DNA from: Nitrospirota bacterium
GTDB taxonomy: Bacteria; Nitrospirota; UBA9217
Length of the DNA stretch: 64,000 nucleotides
Assembly: GCA_963749655.1 (NCBI GenBank)
Contig: CAVVOB010000024.1
Location: 156,926-220,925 of the forward strand
Direction of reading: 5' to 3'
Shown here: positions 44,578 through 56,273 of the stretch, piece after piece
Position numbering within the stretch: position 1 is the stretch's first letter
Layout of the letters: the number at the start of each line of letters is the position of its first letter
Program-made: the position numbers and the translations under genes
Notes under the pieces: generated by a model
What the model was told of the DNA's origin: nothing
Seen by the model: the letters and a program-made list of their open reading frames with translations, nothing else
The model's database searches: none

Positions 44578-45522
44578 TGCATTTAAAAATATAAAAATCG
44601 GTCAGATTGGTACAAGACCAAGACCTTTTTGGAGTGTAATTGCAAATGAAGGGGAGCTTCTGGAAAAATTCAACATACAAATTGTTCCTTATAATTTAAT
44701 AGATGTAGTTCTTTTGGCAAAAGAGGTAAAAGAAGAAAAGGATGAAAATTATAAAACTACATTATCTCATATCAGGGAAAATATTGAAGTCTTTATTGAG
44801 GAAGAAAAGCTTGAAAATATAGTATCTTTAAAGGAAGCAATAAAAAGGTTAAAAACAAATGACAACATTTCTGCTTTCAGTATCCAGTGCTGGACTACTC
44901 TTAATGAGATATATGGAATAGTACCATGTCTTGCAAATTCATTGTTGTTTGATGAAGGTATTCCTGTTGCATGTGAGAATGATATATGCGGCTCAGTGTC
45001 GGCCCTTATAGCTCAATCTGCAAGCTTTGGGAAAATAAAGTCATATTTGCAGATATCACAAACAGGCATCCGGTTAATAATAATGGAGAGCTTCTCTGGC
45101 ATTGTGGTCCATTCCCAATTTCGCTGAAGAAAAAGAGGTATAAAAGGCAAGCTTTTACGTCATGGTATTTTGAATAATGCCCCGGCAGGTATTTGCAGTT
45201 TTGAGGTAGAAGGTGGAGATATAACAATAGTGAGATTTGACGGGTCGGGAGGAAATTATAGGCTGCTGGCAGGTCACGCTCAAGGTATTGAAGGGCCGTG
45301 ACTATCGGCACTTATTTATGGATTGAAGTAAAAGACTGGACAAAATGGGAAGAAAAGTTAATTTATGGTCCCTACATTCATCATGTTGCGGCAGTGCATG
45401 GAAAGATTTCACCAATACTGTATGAAGCTGAAAGGTACATTAAAGGACTTACTTTGGATGCAGTAGAACCTGATGAAAATGAAATAAGGAGTTATCTTAT
45501 AGGCAGACTATATAAGTTATGA
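44572..45522 (+). CDS. L-fucose/L-arabinose isomerase-like protein, C-terminal part (5'-truncated, frameshifted)
   Basis: IGQIGTRP, IQCW, PVACENDI, LLWHCGPFP, GPYIHHV. Confidence 0.75.
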
Positions 45523-45729
45523 ATTAATTTATAACCTGGTCATATAATGTCTTTAAATTATAAATAAAATCAATCATTTTATTGTAATATTTGAATTATT
45601 TTGTAATGAGTAAATAAATTAAATAATGATAATTTCTGTAAAAGTATTATAATTACTTTATATTTATAATGTATAATATAGTTTTATAAAATAACTGAAT
45701 AAAATATTTTTATTTAGCGGATTTTTTAT

Positions 45730-45810
45730 ATGAAATTAAAAGTTTATTTTGAATCAAGTGTGGATGGTGGCTGTGTAGTGTATGTCGGATTACACTTAAG
45801 AATTCCTTAG
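45730..45810 (+). pseudogene. HicB-like N-terminal remnant
   Basis: MKLKVYFESSVDGGCVVYV resembles HicB start MKLKVxLExxxEGGYxVYVP; stops after 26 codons. Confidence 0.3.
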
Positions 45811-46004
45811 TTCCAATATCTCCCTGTCAGAAGAAGAAATGCTTCCAAATAAAGAAAAGATTATAAATGAAATAATAAACTTTTTATTACTTTAAGCTAA
45901 AAGGGTATAATAAAATCAAATAAAAAATAAAATAAAGTATAAATAATTAAAATTATTATAAATTAATATCAATAATAATTTATAAAAGAGGGAGGGTAAT
46001 AAAA

Positions 46005-46446
46005 ATGAGTAAAAAAATAAAGGTGTTATTTGCAGGTGAAGCGATTTACATGCTAACAACAATTTTTAAAGGCTGGAATTGTTTCAAATGGGTAAATTCT
46101 GGGAGCATGGAGGCCACTTTATTAATGCTCTAAAAGAAAATGGTATAGATGTGACTTATATACAAACCAATAGGGTTGCAGAAGAATTCCCATGGTCTCT
46201 GGAAGAGCTTAAAGATTTTGATGTTATTGCATTTAGTGATGTGGGCAGTAATACTTTTTTAATTTCAGAAAGAACAATGGCTGGAGAAAAAACGCCAAAT
46301 AGATTAAAGCTTATTGAACAGTATGTAAGTGATGGAGGGGGTTTTCTTATGTGGGGAGGATATCTTTCCTTTACAGGTTTAGCTGGTAAAGCATTTTATA
46401 AGAAAACTCCTATTGAAAAAATATTACCTGTAAATTTAATGGAAAT
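46005..46446 (+). CDS. class I glutamine amidotransferase-like (DUF1355-type) protein, 3'-truncated
   Basis: GGAGG RBS; KVLFAGE, EEFP, FSDVGSNT, GGGFLMWGGYLSF, ILPV. Confidence 0.8.
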
Positions 46447-47304
46447 GTCCCCGGTTTCTTCGCCCCGGGGATTGCAGCCCGAGCGGAGGCAGTCGCCGAT
46501 ATCGTAATGGACCAGGCCGGGCTTGACGGTGTCCAGGTCCACCATGGCGACGGCCTGGCCGGTGGCGGTGTCCAGCATGACGTTGTTGACCTTGGGGTCG
46601 CCGTGGATCGGGCGGAGACCGAGCTTGCCTTGGGCCAAGGCATGCGCCAGGACGGGCGCGAAGGCCCGGCGCTCGGCCACAAACCGTAGGCCATAATTCA
46701 CTTCGGGGGATGGGCGGGCGCCCCGGCGCCCCAGGACCTCGTCATAGTGCGCCAGGTAGCCCGGGGTGATATGAAAACCCGGCAGGGTGTCGGCCAACCG
46801 GTCGGGGGCCAGATCGCTCAGCAGGCTATGGAACCTGCCCAGGGCATAGCCGACTTCGTGCGCGTGCCCGGTATCTTTGACGGTGTCAAAGGTCTCGGCC
46901 GCGTCAATAAAGCTCAAGGCGCGCCAGAACGACCCGCCGGGGTCAATGACGTGGTCCCGGCCCTCCCGGGTCAAGAGCACGCGGGGCACCTCCCAGCGGC
47001 GGCCGCCCCCGAGGGGCGCGAGGGCCAGACGCCGGCGCACGTGGTCGCCCACGGTGCCGAGGTTCCCCATGACCAGTTCCGGCTGGCGGAACACGTTGAA
47101 GGTTGAGGCGTTGCAGGATAAAATACGGTTCTGCCGCGCCCGCCACCGTCACCAGGAAGGTGTCATTGACATTGCCGTTGCCGTATTCCCGGAGGTCCAG
47201 GACCCGGCCCTGGGGGGTGAATTGCTCGGCCACGGCAAGCAGATGGTCCAAGGATTGGCCTTTGCTCTGAGAAATTAGGTTATCATAGTGTTTACCGTAA
47301 TGGC
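46447..47304 (-). CDS. aminoglycoside phosphotransferase-like kinase, 3'-truncated, frameshifted
   Basis: GNGNVNDTF, ILQRLN, IHGDPKVNN, VDLDT, YDIGDCLRS. Confidence 0.85.
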
Positions 47305-47320
47305 TCACGCTCGGAAGTTC

Positions 47321-47405
47321 AAAATCCCCCTAAATCCCTTTGCCATAGTGGGACTTTCCAAGCAATTTCTTGAGTCCCCCTTTTAAAGGGGGACTGGGGG
47401 GATTA
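47321..47405. repeat. REP-like palindromic element (ccccct...aaggggg type)
   Basis: aaatccccctaaatcccttt ... cccccttttaaagggggactggggggatt. Confidence 0.6.
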
Positions 47406-47523
47406 TAAGGTTTTCCATAAGGAAATAATGATGGCAATTGCTCAGGTGGCGCCGGCGTCCCGCCTGGGCTGGGCGCCGGGTGCGCCCGGCGCCGCCTAAA
47501 GGGCGGGGAATGCCTGCCCGACA

Positions 47524-47760
47524 TTACTTTTCCCGGTTCTCGGGCAGATCATCGCCAACCATGCGGTCAGCGGCCGGATTCTTCACGCCATATCCTATTT
47601 GTCCTGCTCGGAGTCGGTCTCCGGATTTTGATGCCACATCCCCGTCTCCCGATAAGTGGGAGGGCTTTCCGCGTAAGCCGGTCTGTCTGGCATAGTCACC
47701 CGAGGCGCAGCCGACCATAAGCGTGCCAACGGTCAAGAGTAACCCAAACCAGGTTTTCAT
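47524..47760 (-). CDS. putative small lipoprotein
   Basis: GGAGG RBS; lipobox-like MVGC after hydrophobic stretch. Confidence 0.55.
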   Translation of the reverse strand: MKTWFGLLLTVGTLMVGCASGDYARQTGLRGKPSHLSGDGDVASKSGDRLRAGQIGYGVKNPAADRMVGDDLPENREK

Positions 47761-47791
47761 GGTTGTCCTCCCAGAATAAATTTAAGTAAGC

Positions 47792-47837
47792 GTAGGGTGG
47801 CCCGGCGGACCATATATGGCGGGAATGCCCGCCCTAC
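47792..47837. repeat. GTAG-type REP pair
   Basis: Minus strand GTAG-GGCGGG-CATT-CCCGCC plus an inverted partial gtagggtgg copy; variant at 47501-47522. Confidence 0.65.
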
Positions 47838-47861
47838 ATGACTTCTCTCTTATGCCCTCCA

Positions 47862-48128
47862 TCACCCCTGGCCCGGCTTCGCCGCCCGTATCCTGAGGGC
47901 GACCTGCTCTTCAAAATCCCGGGTGAGGCTTTCCAGATTACGGCTGGCCTGGATGGGACCGGAATCGCCCCAGCCTTTCCGCAGGGCCTCCTGCTTCTTC
48001 AGTCGGAATTCATCGACACTGGCAGCCATATCTTTCCAGATAAACAACTTCTGGAGGACGTGGCGTTCCGGCGAGGAAAAATCTTTCTCCAGGTCGAAGG
48101 ATTGGCCTCTTTGGGTGGTATAGATCAT
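47862..48128 (-). CDS. hypothetical protein
   Basis: 88 aa, protein-like composition (ERHVLQKLFIW...ALRKGWGDSGP). Confidence 0.7.
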   Translation of the reverse strand: MIYTTQRGQSFDLEKDFSSPERHVLQKLFIWKDMAASVDEFRLKKQEALRKGWGDSGPIQASRNLESLTRDFEEQVALRIRAAKPGQG

Positions 48129-48223
48129 CGGCGGATTTTAAGGGTTCGGCATTTTACCTCAGTCCCCAAGTTCTTGCTGAAGAACGAGAAAATACCGGTA
48201 AGGTGGGCGCGCCCACCCCAGAC

Positions 48224-48961
48224 TTACTCCATGGGGCGGAGGCGCACCTCGATCTCCGGGTGGTCTTTCAGCAGGGCCACCAGCCTGGCGGTATCCGTCT
48301 TGCCGAAGTGATAGGGGTAGAGGATTTTGGGTTTGAAGGCTCGGGCCGCGTCGGCCACCATCTCCGGGGTCATGGTGTAGGGGAGATTCATGGGCAAAAA
48401 AGCGATATCGATGTTTTGCAGGGCCTTCATCTCCGGGGTGTTTTCCGTGTCCCCGGCCACATAGACCCGCTTGTCCCCGAAGGTGATGACATAGCCGTTG
48501 CCCTGGCCCTTGGGGTGGAAGGGTTCGCCGCTTTCCCGCTTGTGCACCAGGTTGTAGGCCGGCACCGCTTCGATGGTCAGGCCCGCCACGGTCTTCACCT
48601 CGCCATTGGCCATGACCAGGCCCCCGGGCACCTGGCCGGCGGCGGCCTGGGTCAGCACGATCTGGGTGCCGGGCTGGCGCAGCATCTCAATCACCTTGGG
48701 GTCCAGGTGGTCCCGGTGTTCGTGGGTGATGAGGATCAGGTCCGCCTTGGGGAGCTTGCCGTAATCGGCGTACTGCCCCACCGGGTCCACGTGGATGACC
48801 TTGCCCCCGAAGGTGAACATCAAGGTGCCGTGGCCGATAAAGGTGATCTTGAGATCCCCCGCCCCGGTCTTGATGACATCCTGCTCAAATTTTCCTTGGG
48901 CGTTCACCACGCCGGCCCCCACCATCAGCAAAATACCCATCATCAGGCCTAACCGCTTCAT
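48224..48961 (-). CDS. exported MBL-fold metallo-hydrolase
   Basis: GHGT, VDP, THEHRDH, VAGDT, YPYHFG. Confidence 0.9.
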   Translation of the reverse strand: MKRLGLMMGILLMVGAGVVNAQGKFEQDVIKTGAGDLKITFIGHGTLMFTFGGKVIHVDPVGQYADYGKLPKADLILITHEHRDHLDPKVIEMLRQPGTQIVLTQAAAGQVPGGLVMANGEVKTVAGLTIEAVPAYNLVHKRESGEPFHPKGQGNGYVITFGDKRVYVAGDTENTPEMKALQNIDIAFLPMNLPYTMTPEMVADAARAFKPKILYPYHFGKTDTARLVALLKDHPEIEVRLRPME

Positions 48962-49035
48962 AGAGCACCTCCGGCATCCCCTGCACCTGCCGTTACCGGT
49001 TGATGAGACTGTCCTTTTTTCGCGTCGCAAGCCAC

Positions 49036-50452
49036 TTAGAGCTCTGAGCCAATTATAAGAGGCAAACCGGCGGTCGGAATAGGCCAAAAGAGAAAAATCA
49101 CTTTAACGGTCTCGGTGCCCCGGTCGATGGCCGCCGCGGTAATATCGCACAGGGTGCCCAGCTCTTCCGGGGTGATGCAGAGCGGCGGCAGCAGCACGAT
49201 GACATCCCCCAGGGGGCGCAGGATGGCCCCCAGCTGCCGGGCCGCCAGGATCACCCGGTGGCCGGTGCGCCGTTTCAGCGGGAAGGGCTCCCGGGTGCCC
49301 TTATCGGCCACCAGTTCGAGGCCCACCATCAGGCCCCGCTGCCGGATATCGCCGACGTGGGGATGCTCGGCCATGGTCGCCAGCCGCCCGGCCAGCAGCT
49401 CGATCTTGGCCGGCAGCCCCTCGATGACCCGGTCTTGGGCGAAGATATCCAGGCTGGCCAGGCCCACTGCGGCCCCCAGGGGATTGCCGGTATAGGTGTG
49501 CCCGTGGAAAAACGCCTTGAACTCCTCGAATTCCCCCAGGAAGGCCTGATAGACGTCGTCCGTGGCCAGGGTGGCGGCCAGGGGCAGGTAGCCCCCGGTG
49601 ATGCCCTTGGCCAGACACAAGAGATCGGGGCTCACCCCCTCGTGCTCGCAGGCGAACATCTTGCCGGTGCGGCCGAAGCCCACGGCCACCTCATCGGCGA
49701 TGAGGAGCACGTCGTGGCGCCGGGTCACCTCCCGGACTCGCGCCAGATAGCCGGGCGGCTGGGCAATCATGCCCGCGGCGCCCTGCATCACCGGCTCCAC
49801 GATCACCGCGGCCAGTTCCTGGTGGTGCGCCGCCACCAGCTCTTCCAGCCTGGCGAGACACTGCTCCCGGCAATCTTCCCGTAGGTCGCACCGGTAGCAG
49901 TAGGGGGCCGGGGCCTCCAGGGTGTCGAACAGCAGCGGCTGATAAATTTCGTGGAATAAGGGGATGCCGCCCACCGACACCGCCCCCAGGGTGTCCCCGT
50001 GGTAGGCGCCGCTGAGCTTGAGGAAACGCTGTTTCCGGACCTGGCCCCGGTTCCGCCAGAATTGGAACGCCATCTTCAGGGCCGCCTCCACCGCAGTGGA
50101 GCCGTTGTCCGAGAAGAACACCTTGTTCAGGCCCGGGGGCGCAAGCTCCACCAGGCGGCGGGCCAGGAGGATGGCCGGGGGATGGGCGATCCCCAACAGG
50201 GTGCTGTGGGCCAATTGCGCCAAGCTGCGCGGCGAGGGCCTGGTCCAGTTCCCGGCGCCGGTGCCCGTGGAGGTTGGCCCACAGGGAAGAGACCCCATCC
50301 AGGTAACGGTTGCCCTGGAGGTCATAGAGGTAAATCCCTTCCCCCCGGCTGATAATCAGGGGGGCTTCTTCCCGGAAGCCCTGCATCTGGGTGAAAGGAT
50401 GCCAGACATGCTCCCGGTCCCACTGCCTAAGAGTCTCGGGGTCGTAACCCAT
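49036..50452 (-). CDS. bioA: adenosylmethionine-8-amino-7-oxononanoate transaminase (frameshift ~50220; 3' end uncertain)
   Basis: VWHPFTQM, SSLW, YHGDT, ADEVAVGFGRTG, AKGITGGYLP, HGHTYTGN. Confidence 0.93.
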
Positions 50453-50464
50453 AGTGTCCCTCGC

Positions 50465-52061
50465 TCACGTGACGGCGACCGGGGCCGCAATCTTACGGCG
50501 GCCTCCCGCCCCACCGCTACTATATGCAAAAAGACGCCGGGAAGGAAGACCATCCGGCCGACATTTAGTCGGGACCATGGAGGAAAGGCGGTTATCCGCG
50601 GGCACTGCGCGGCTATAGGACGGTCCGCCGGCGCCATCCCGGCCGACTCGGGACTGGAAGGTGGATTCGGTAAGGCTCTCGGGCGATGAACGCCGGGGAT
50701 CGACCAGTTGCAACCGCCGCATCTTGTTGAACAGGGTGGTGCGGCTGACCCCCAGGGTGCGGGCGCTGAGCTGGCGGTTCCAGCTAAAAGATTCCAGGGT
50801 TTCCAGGATGATCTGCTTCTCGGCCCGCTCCATGGCCTCTTCCAGCGTCAGATGCTTGAAGCTTTCCCCGGAGGTTGCCGGCCGGATTTCTCTGATATTG
50901 GCCGGCAGAGATTCGGGGACGATGAACTCCCCGGGGCTCAAGATGACCGCTCGTTCGATGACATTCTCCAACTCCCGGACATTGCCCGGCCACGGGTATT
51001 GGAGACAGATTTGCAGGGCGCTCTTGGAGATGGCCTTGATCTCCCGGTGGTGAACCCGGTTGAATTGATTGATGAAATGGTTCGCCAGCGGCTCAATGTC
51101 GCTCAAACGGTCTCGTAAGGGCGGAATGGTGAAAGAGACCACGTTGATGCGGTAGTAGAGGTCTTCCCGGAAGTTCTGCTTGGCTACCTCGTCTTGCAGG
51201 GAAGTATTGGTGGCCGTGATGATCCTCACATCCGTCTGGATGGGGACATTTCCCCCCACGGGTTCAATGATCTTTTCCTGGAGGACGCGCAGGAATTTGA
51301 TCTGTAAATTGGGGGAGGCCGAGTTGATGTCGTCCAGGAAGATGGTGCCCCCGTTGGCCTCTTCAAATTTGCCCTTCTTATCCCGGATGGCGCCGGTAAA
51401 GGAGCCGCGCACATGACCGAAAAGCTCGCTCTCCAGCAGGGTCTCGGACAGCGAACCGCAGCTGATCTTGACAAAGGGCCCTTCCCGGCGGTGCGAGTGC
51501 GTGTGAATATAGTGGGCCAGCATGGACTTGCCGGTACCGGATTCACCGGTGATCAGCACCGTCGCCATGGTGTCGGCAATGGTGTGTACCATGTCCCAGG
51601 AGCTGGTCCATCTTCCGGTCCCCGAACACCAGGTTCTCATCCAGGTTCCAGGGCTTGATCCGCTTTTTCAAGGAGTCGTAAGAAGCCTGCAGCTTCTTCT
51701 GCTCCAGGGCGTGGCTGATGGTGAGTTTGAGACGCAGATCGTCGATGGGCTTGACAATGTAGTCGTAGGCCCCCAGTTTGATGGCCTCCACGGCCCCGGC
51801 AATGTGGCCGTGGCCGGTAATGAAAATGACCGTCGTATCGGGAGAGCGGCCTTTCAACTCTTTCAATAATTCGATGCCGTTGAGCCCGGGCATCTGAATA
51901 TCCGAGAGGACCACCTGATAATGATCGTCCTTGATTTTGGCCAGGGCGGCCTGGCCATCCAGCACCGCATCGACGCTGAAGCCCTCCAGAATGAACATCT
52001 CCTTAAGAGACTCGCATACCAGGACATCGTCATCCACGACCAGAACGTCTTTATTTGCCAT
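50465..52061 (-). CDS. sigma54-dependent response regulator, NtrC family (frameshift ~51600; 3' end uncertain)
   Basis: REC domain; GESGTGK, ESELFGH, GSFTGA, WPGNVRELEN; Fis HTH. Confidence 0.93.
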
Positions 52062-54077
52062 GCAATTCTCCCGATTCGGCATAGGGCAGAAGCACCCGGA
52101 CGGTGGTGCCCTGCCCGCGCTGGCTTTCCACCACTAACCGGCCATCGTAGCGCGCCAGGATTTTTTGGCAAATGGGTAAACCCAGGCCCAATCCCTGGGC
52201 CCCCTCTTTGGTGGAATAAAACGGCTGAAAGATCTGGTCCATCTCCTCAGGCGTGAGACCGGCACCGGTGTCCTGAAAGGAAATCTCCAACTGGCGGTCA
52301 TGCAGGGAGCAGTTCACCTCCAGGCGGCCTCCTTGGGGCATGGCCTGGAGGGCATTCTTGATGATATTGATGAACACGTAATAAAGGTCCGCCTCGGTGA
52401 CGATCTTTTCGAACTCCGGGGGGGCCGAGAAATCGATCTGCACCCGCTGGTCGCTGGCCTGAAACATCATGATCTTGATGGCGTCCTGGAGCAGGTTGAA
52501 CACCGTGTCGCTGGCTCGGGGCGGCCCCTTAAAAGGATTGGCCGAGAACATCAGGCTCTTGATGCTCAGGGACATCTTCTGGAGACCCTTCTGCGCCTCG
52601 GTGAGGTAGCGTTCCACACTCGCGGGGTCCTCTTTCTTGATGATGGCCAGGGACAGGTAACGCCGGATGCCGTCCAGAGGGTTATTCAACTCGTGGGCCA
52701 CGCAGAGGGTGAGCTTGCCCATGATGGCCAGATGTTCGTAAAGTTCCAGACGCTGTTTGAGCTGTTCCGCCTCGGTCACATCCTCCACCAGAAGCAATCC
52801 CCGGAGGGAGTTGCGTTCATCCGGCACCGGCAGCATTTTGATCGCCAGGTAGCGGACCGCGTTATCCTGGGCAGAGGACTTCAGGGAAGAGAATTCCCGG
52901 GGCTCCTGGCTGGCCAGGACTTGTTGAAAGGCCTGTTCCAGACTTTCCCGGTCCGTGGCGCTTAATCCCAGGTAGGACCAGGAGGTTTTGTCCCACCAGT
53001 TTCGCCTTGGCTAAATTGACCATCCGCTCCAGGGCCGGGTTGGACTGGACCACCTTGAGGTCCTGGTCCAGGAACGCCATGCCCACCGAGATCTCCTTGG
53101 TGATCCAGGAGGTCAACGACGGGATGAACACCTCCTCGGGCGCTTCCCTGGCCTCCAAGATCTCCACCAGCAGCCGGCCCATCAGCCAGCCCAGGAAGAG
53201 ATCCCGGGAGCCAAAGGGGTTTTTGTCCTCCTGGTCGGCGAGGTTGATCACTCCCCAAAATTTATATCCCGTGAGCGGGATGACCATGAAGCTGTTGGTC
53301 TGGTAGGTGGTGCGCCGGGGCATGAGGGCTAATTGCGAGTCCCGGCTCAAATCGGGGACCAGCAGAGGGCGCCGGTGGGTGGCCACGTAACCCATGACCC
53401 CTTCGGCGGTGATCATGGCCCCGGTCTTGGCCTCCGAATCGGGTCCCAGGGCCGCCAGCCCGGAAAACTGGCCCCGGACGGCATCATAGAGGAAGATGGA
53501 ACTGTTGGTCACCTGCAGCAATTTCTGGGCAGCTTCCAGGAAAATCCGGCCCACCTCTTTGAGGTCTTTCTGCTGCCAGGCCTGCTCCCGCAACTCTCCC
53601 AGGACCGCGGCCTCGGGAGTGGTGGAGACTAAATCCAGGGCCTGCCAACCCAGGGACTCGGCTCCCTGGAACACCGTCTCCAAATCCCGTTGAGACCTTA
53701 ACAGGCGCTGGTATCCCAGGGCCCGCTCGATGGCATGACGCAGGATTTCGGGCTGTACGGGCTTGGGGAGGTAATCGAACGCCCCGAGCTTCACGGCATC
53801 CACGGCGTCCTGATAACGAGGCAAAACCGGTGAACACAATCACCAGGGTCTCAGGGTGGTGGAGACGCAGGTATTGCACTAATTCCATGCCCCCCATCTG
53901 GGGCATGATCATATCGGTGAGGACCAGATCGTAGGGATGCGCCTGGATCGCCGCCAGGGCCTCCTTGCCGTTGGTGGCGGTGTTCACCAGGTAGCCGGTC
54001 GGGAATAAAATATCCTTTACCAACTCCAGGATAGCCGGGTCATCGTCCACTACGAGAATAATCGGTTGCTTTTTCAT
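52051..54077 (-). CDS. hybrid sensor kinase REC-GAF-PAS-HisKA-HATPase (frameshifted)
   Basis: ILVVDDD...TDMIMP; GAF; VAHELNNPLD; NIIKNA, DTGAG, GLGLGL. Confidence 0.88.
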
Positions 54078-54282
54078 AACTATTGCCGACTCCAAGGCTG
54101 TCGGAGCGGACTGGCAACTCCCCCCATAGTCCTGTTCGGGCTTTCTCAGGAAAAACTTAACTTTATTTCTCTGGAAGATCGGCATGGCGTTGCGTCCTTG
54201 CAATCCCTGAACCAATCGAGCCGGGCATTTCCCTCCCCTTGGCGGGAGAGGGTTCCGGGGAAGGTGGCGAGTGACTGAACCC

Positions 54283-55380
54283 CTAAGGGGTTGGCGTTTC
54301 CAGGGGCCCACCCGGCCCCACCACCCCGGTCCCATATTGCTGCTTCAGGAAAGAGCGGTAAGCCTGAGACCGCACCCGGTCCAACCAGTCCTCATGGCCG
54401 AGATACCAGGCGATGGTGCGCCTCAGCCCCTCCTCCAGACCCACCTGGGGACGCCAGCCGAGCTGGCTCTCAATTTTGCCGATGTTCAGGGCATACCGCC
54501 AGTCGTGGCCGGGACGATCCGGAACAAAGGTGATCAGCCGGGTAAGGTCGCCCAAATCCGGCCGCATCTCCCCCAGCAAGCGCAGCAACCGCCGCACCAG
54601 TTCCAGGTTGGGGACCTCCTGCCGGCCGCCGATATTATAGGTCTCCCCCACCCGGCCCTGCTCCAACACCTGGAGCAGCCCCTGGCAATGGTCCTCCACA
54701 AAGATCCAGTCCCGGATGTTGGTCCCCTGGCCATAGATGGGAATGGGCTTACCTTCCAGGGCCTGGCTGAGGCTGAAGGGGATCAGCTTTTCCGGGAACT
54801 GGTACGGGCCGTAATTGTTGGAACAGTTGGTGATGAGCACCGGCAACTGATACGTGTGAAAATAGGCGCGCACCAGAAAGTCGGCGCTGGCCTTGGACGC
54901 GGCATAGGGACTCCGGGGGGCGTACGGCGCCGCCTCGGTGACCGGCGGATCGTCGGGCCCCAAAGAGCCGTACACTTCATCCGTGCTGACGTGCAAAAAC
55001 CGCGGGGCCTCCGGCCCGGCGAAGTTTTCCCAGGCCCGGCGGGCCGCTTCCAGCAGGGTGAAGGTCCCCACCACGTTGGTGCGCACAAAGACTCCCGGGT
55101 CCAGGATCGACCGGTCCACGTGGGATTCGGCCGCAAAGTGCACCACCTTGGTGATGGGATACCGGGAAAACAGGTCCTGGACCAGTTCCCGGTCGGCCAC
55201 GTCCCCCTGGACCAGGGTATAACGGGAATCGCCGTGAAAACCGGTGAGGTTCTCGGGGTTGCCGGCGTAGGTCAGCAGGTCCAGGTTGATGATGTGCGCC
55301 TCGGGCTGCTGCCGCCGCAAACAATAGAGAAAATTGGCGCCGATGAAGCCCGCCCCGCCGGTTACCAGAACCCAACTCAT
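54283..55380 (-). CDS. rmlB: dTDP-glucose 4,6-dehydratase
   Basis: VTGGAGFIG, AAESHVDRS, STDEVYG, YAASK, NNYGPYQFPEK. Confidence 0.96.
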   Translation of the reverse strand: MSWVLVTGGAGFIGANFLYCLRRQQPEAHIINLDLLTYAGNPENLTGFHGDSRYTLVQGDVADRELVQDLFSRYPITKVVHFAAESHVDRSILDPGVFVRTNVVGTFTLLEAARRAWENFAGPEAPRFLHVSTDEVYGSLGPDDPPVTEAAPYAPRSPYAASKASADFLVRAYFHTYQLPVLITNCSNNYGPYQFPEKLIPFSLSQALEGKPIPIYGQGTNIRDWIFVEDHCQGLLQVLEQGRVGETYNIGGRQEVPNLELVRRLLRLLGEMRPDLGDLTRLITFVPDRPGHDWRYALNIGKIESQLGWRPQVGLEEGLRRTIAWYLGHEDWLDRVRSQAYRSFLKQQYGTGVVGPGGPLETPTP

Positions 55381-56246
55381 AGTCGGTCCCCATATGCTTC
55401 CCAGAACTGCTGGTAGGCTGCCTGCCAGGCGGGCATGCGGTCCAGCCCGGCCACCTGCAGCAGCCGGTTTTCCAGTACCGAGTTGGCCGGCCGGGGGGCG
55501 GGACGGGGAAATTCCGCCGTGGTGCAAGGGGTTACCCGCACCGTGATGCCGGCCGTCTGCCAGGATCAGGCAGGCAAATTCATACCAGGTGGTCTCCCCC
55601 TGGCAGGTCGCATGATACGTGCCGAAGGCCTCGGTCGCGGCCAGGGCCAGGAGCTGCGGCGCCAGGGCCAGGGCGCTGGTGGGGGTGCCCCGCTGATCGT
55701 GCACCACTTTCAGCTCCCCGTCCGGGGCGAGATGGCGGCCCCGGGCCAGAATGGCGGTGACGAAATTGGGGCCGGGAACGCCATAGAGCCAGGCCGTGCG
55801 CACGATGAAGTGGTCGGGGCACTGCTGCCGCACCCACTCTTCTCCCAGGAGCTTGCTCCGGCCATAGACCGACAGGGGCGCCGTGACGTCCCACTCCACA
55901 TAGGGCCCCGGCTTGGTCCCGTCGAAGACATAGTCAGTGGACAGGTGAATCAATTTTATTCCCAGGCGCCGGCAGGCCACCGCCAGGTTCCGGGGCCCCA
56001 GGGCGTTGACCCGGAGCGCCCCATCCGGGTCCGACTCCAGGTCGTCCACCCGGGTGGCCGCGGCGGCGTTGATCACCACCTCCGGGCGCTGCCGGGACAG
56101 TTCTCCCCACACCGCCTGGGGGTCGGTGATGTCCAGCTCATGGCAGGTCGGTGGCCGCCACCTCCCAGCCCTGCCGGGCGGCCTGCCTGGACCAGGGCCT
56201 GGCCCAACTGCCCGGCGGCCCCGGTAATCAAGAGCTTACCGGCCAC
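55377..56246 (-). CDS. rmlD: dTDP-4-dehydrorhamnose reductase (frameshifted)
   Basis: ITGAAGQLG, INAAA, STDYVFDG, YGRSKL. Confidence 0.92.
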
Positions 56247-56273
56247 GGCGCCCTCCCTTTCCTCGCCCCCATC

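Noticed and set aside
44572-46447. Low-GC horizontally acquired island
   Set aside because: Flanks do not rejoin into one gene, all four boundary genes are truncated, and there are no mobility signals; a chimera is more likely.
54283-56112. RmlD-RmlB fusion protein (609-aa ORF)
   Set aside because: Artefact of a frameshift near 55555; rmlD has its own stop overlapping the rmlB ATG at 55377-55380.
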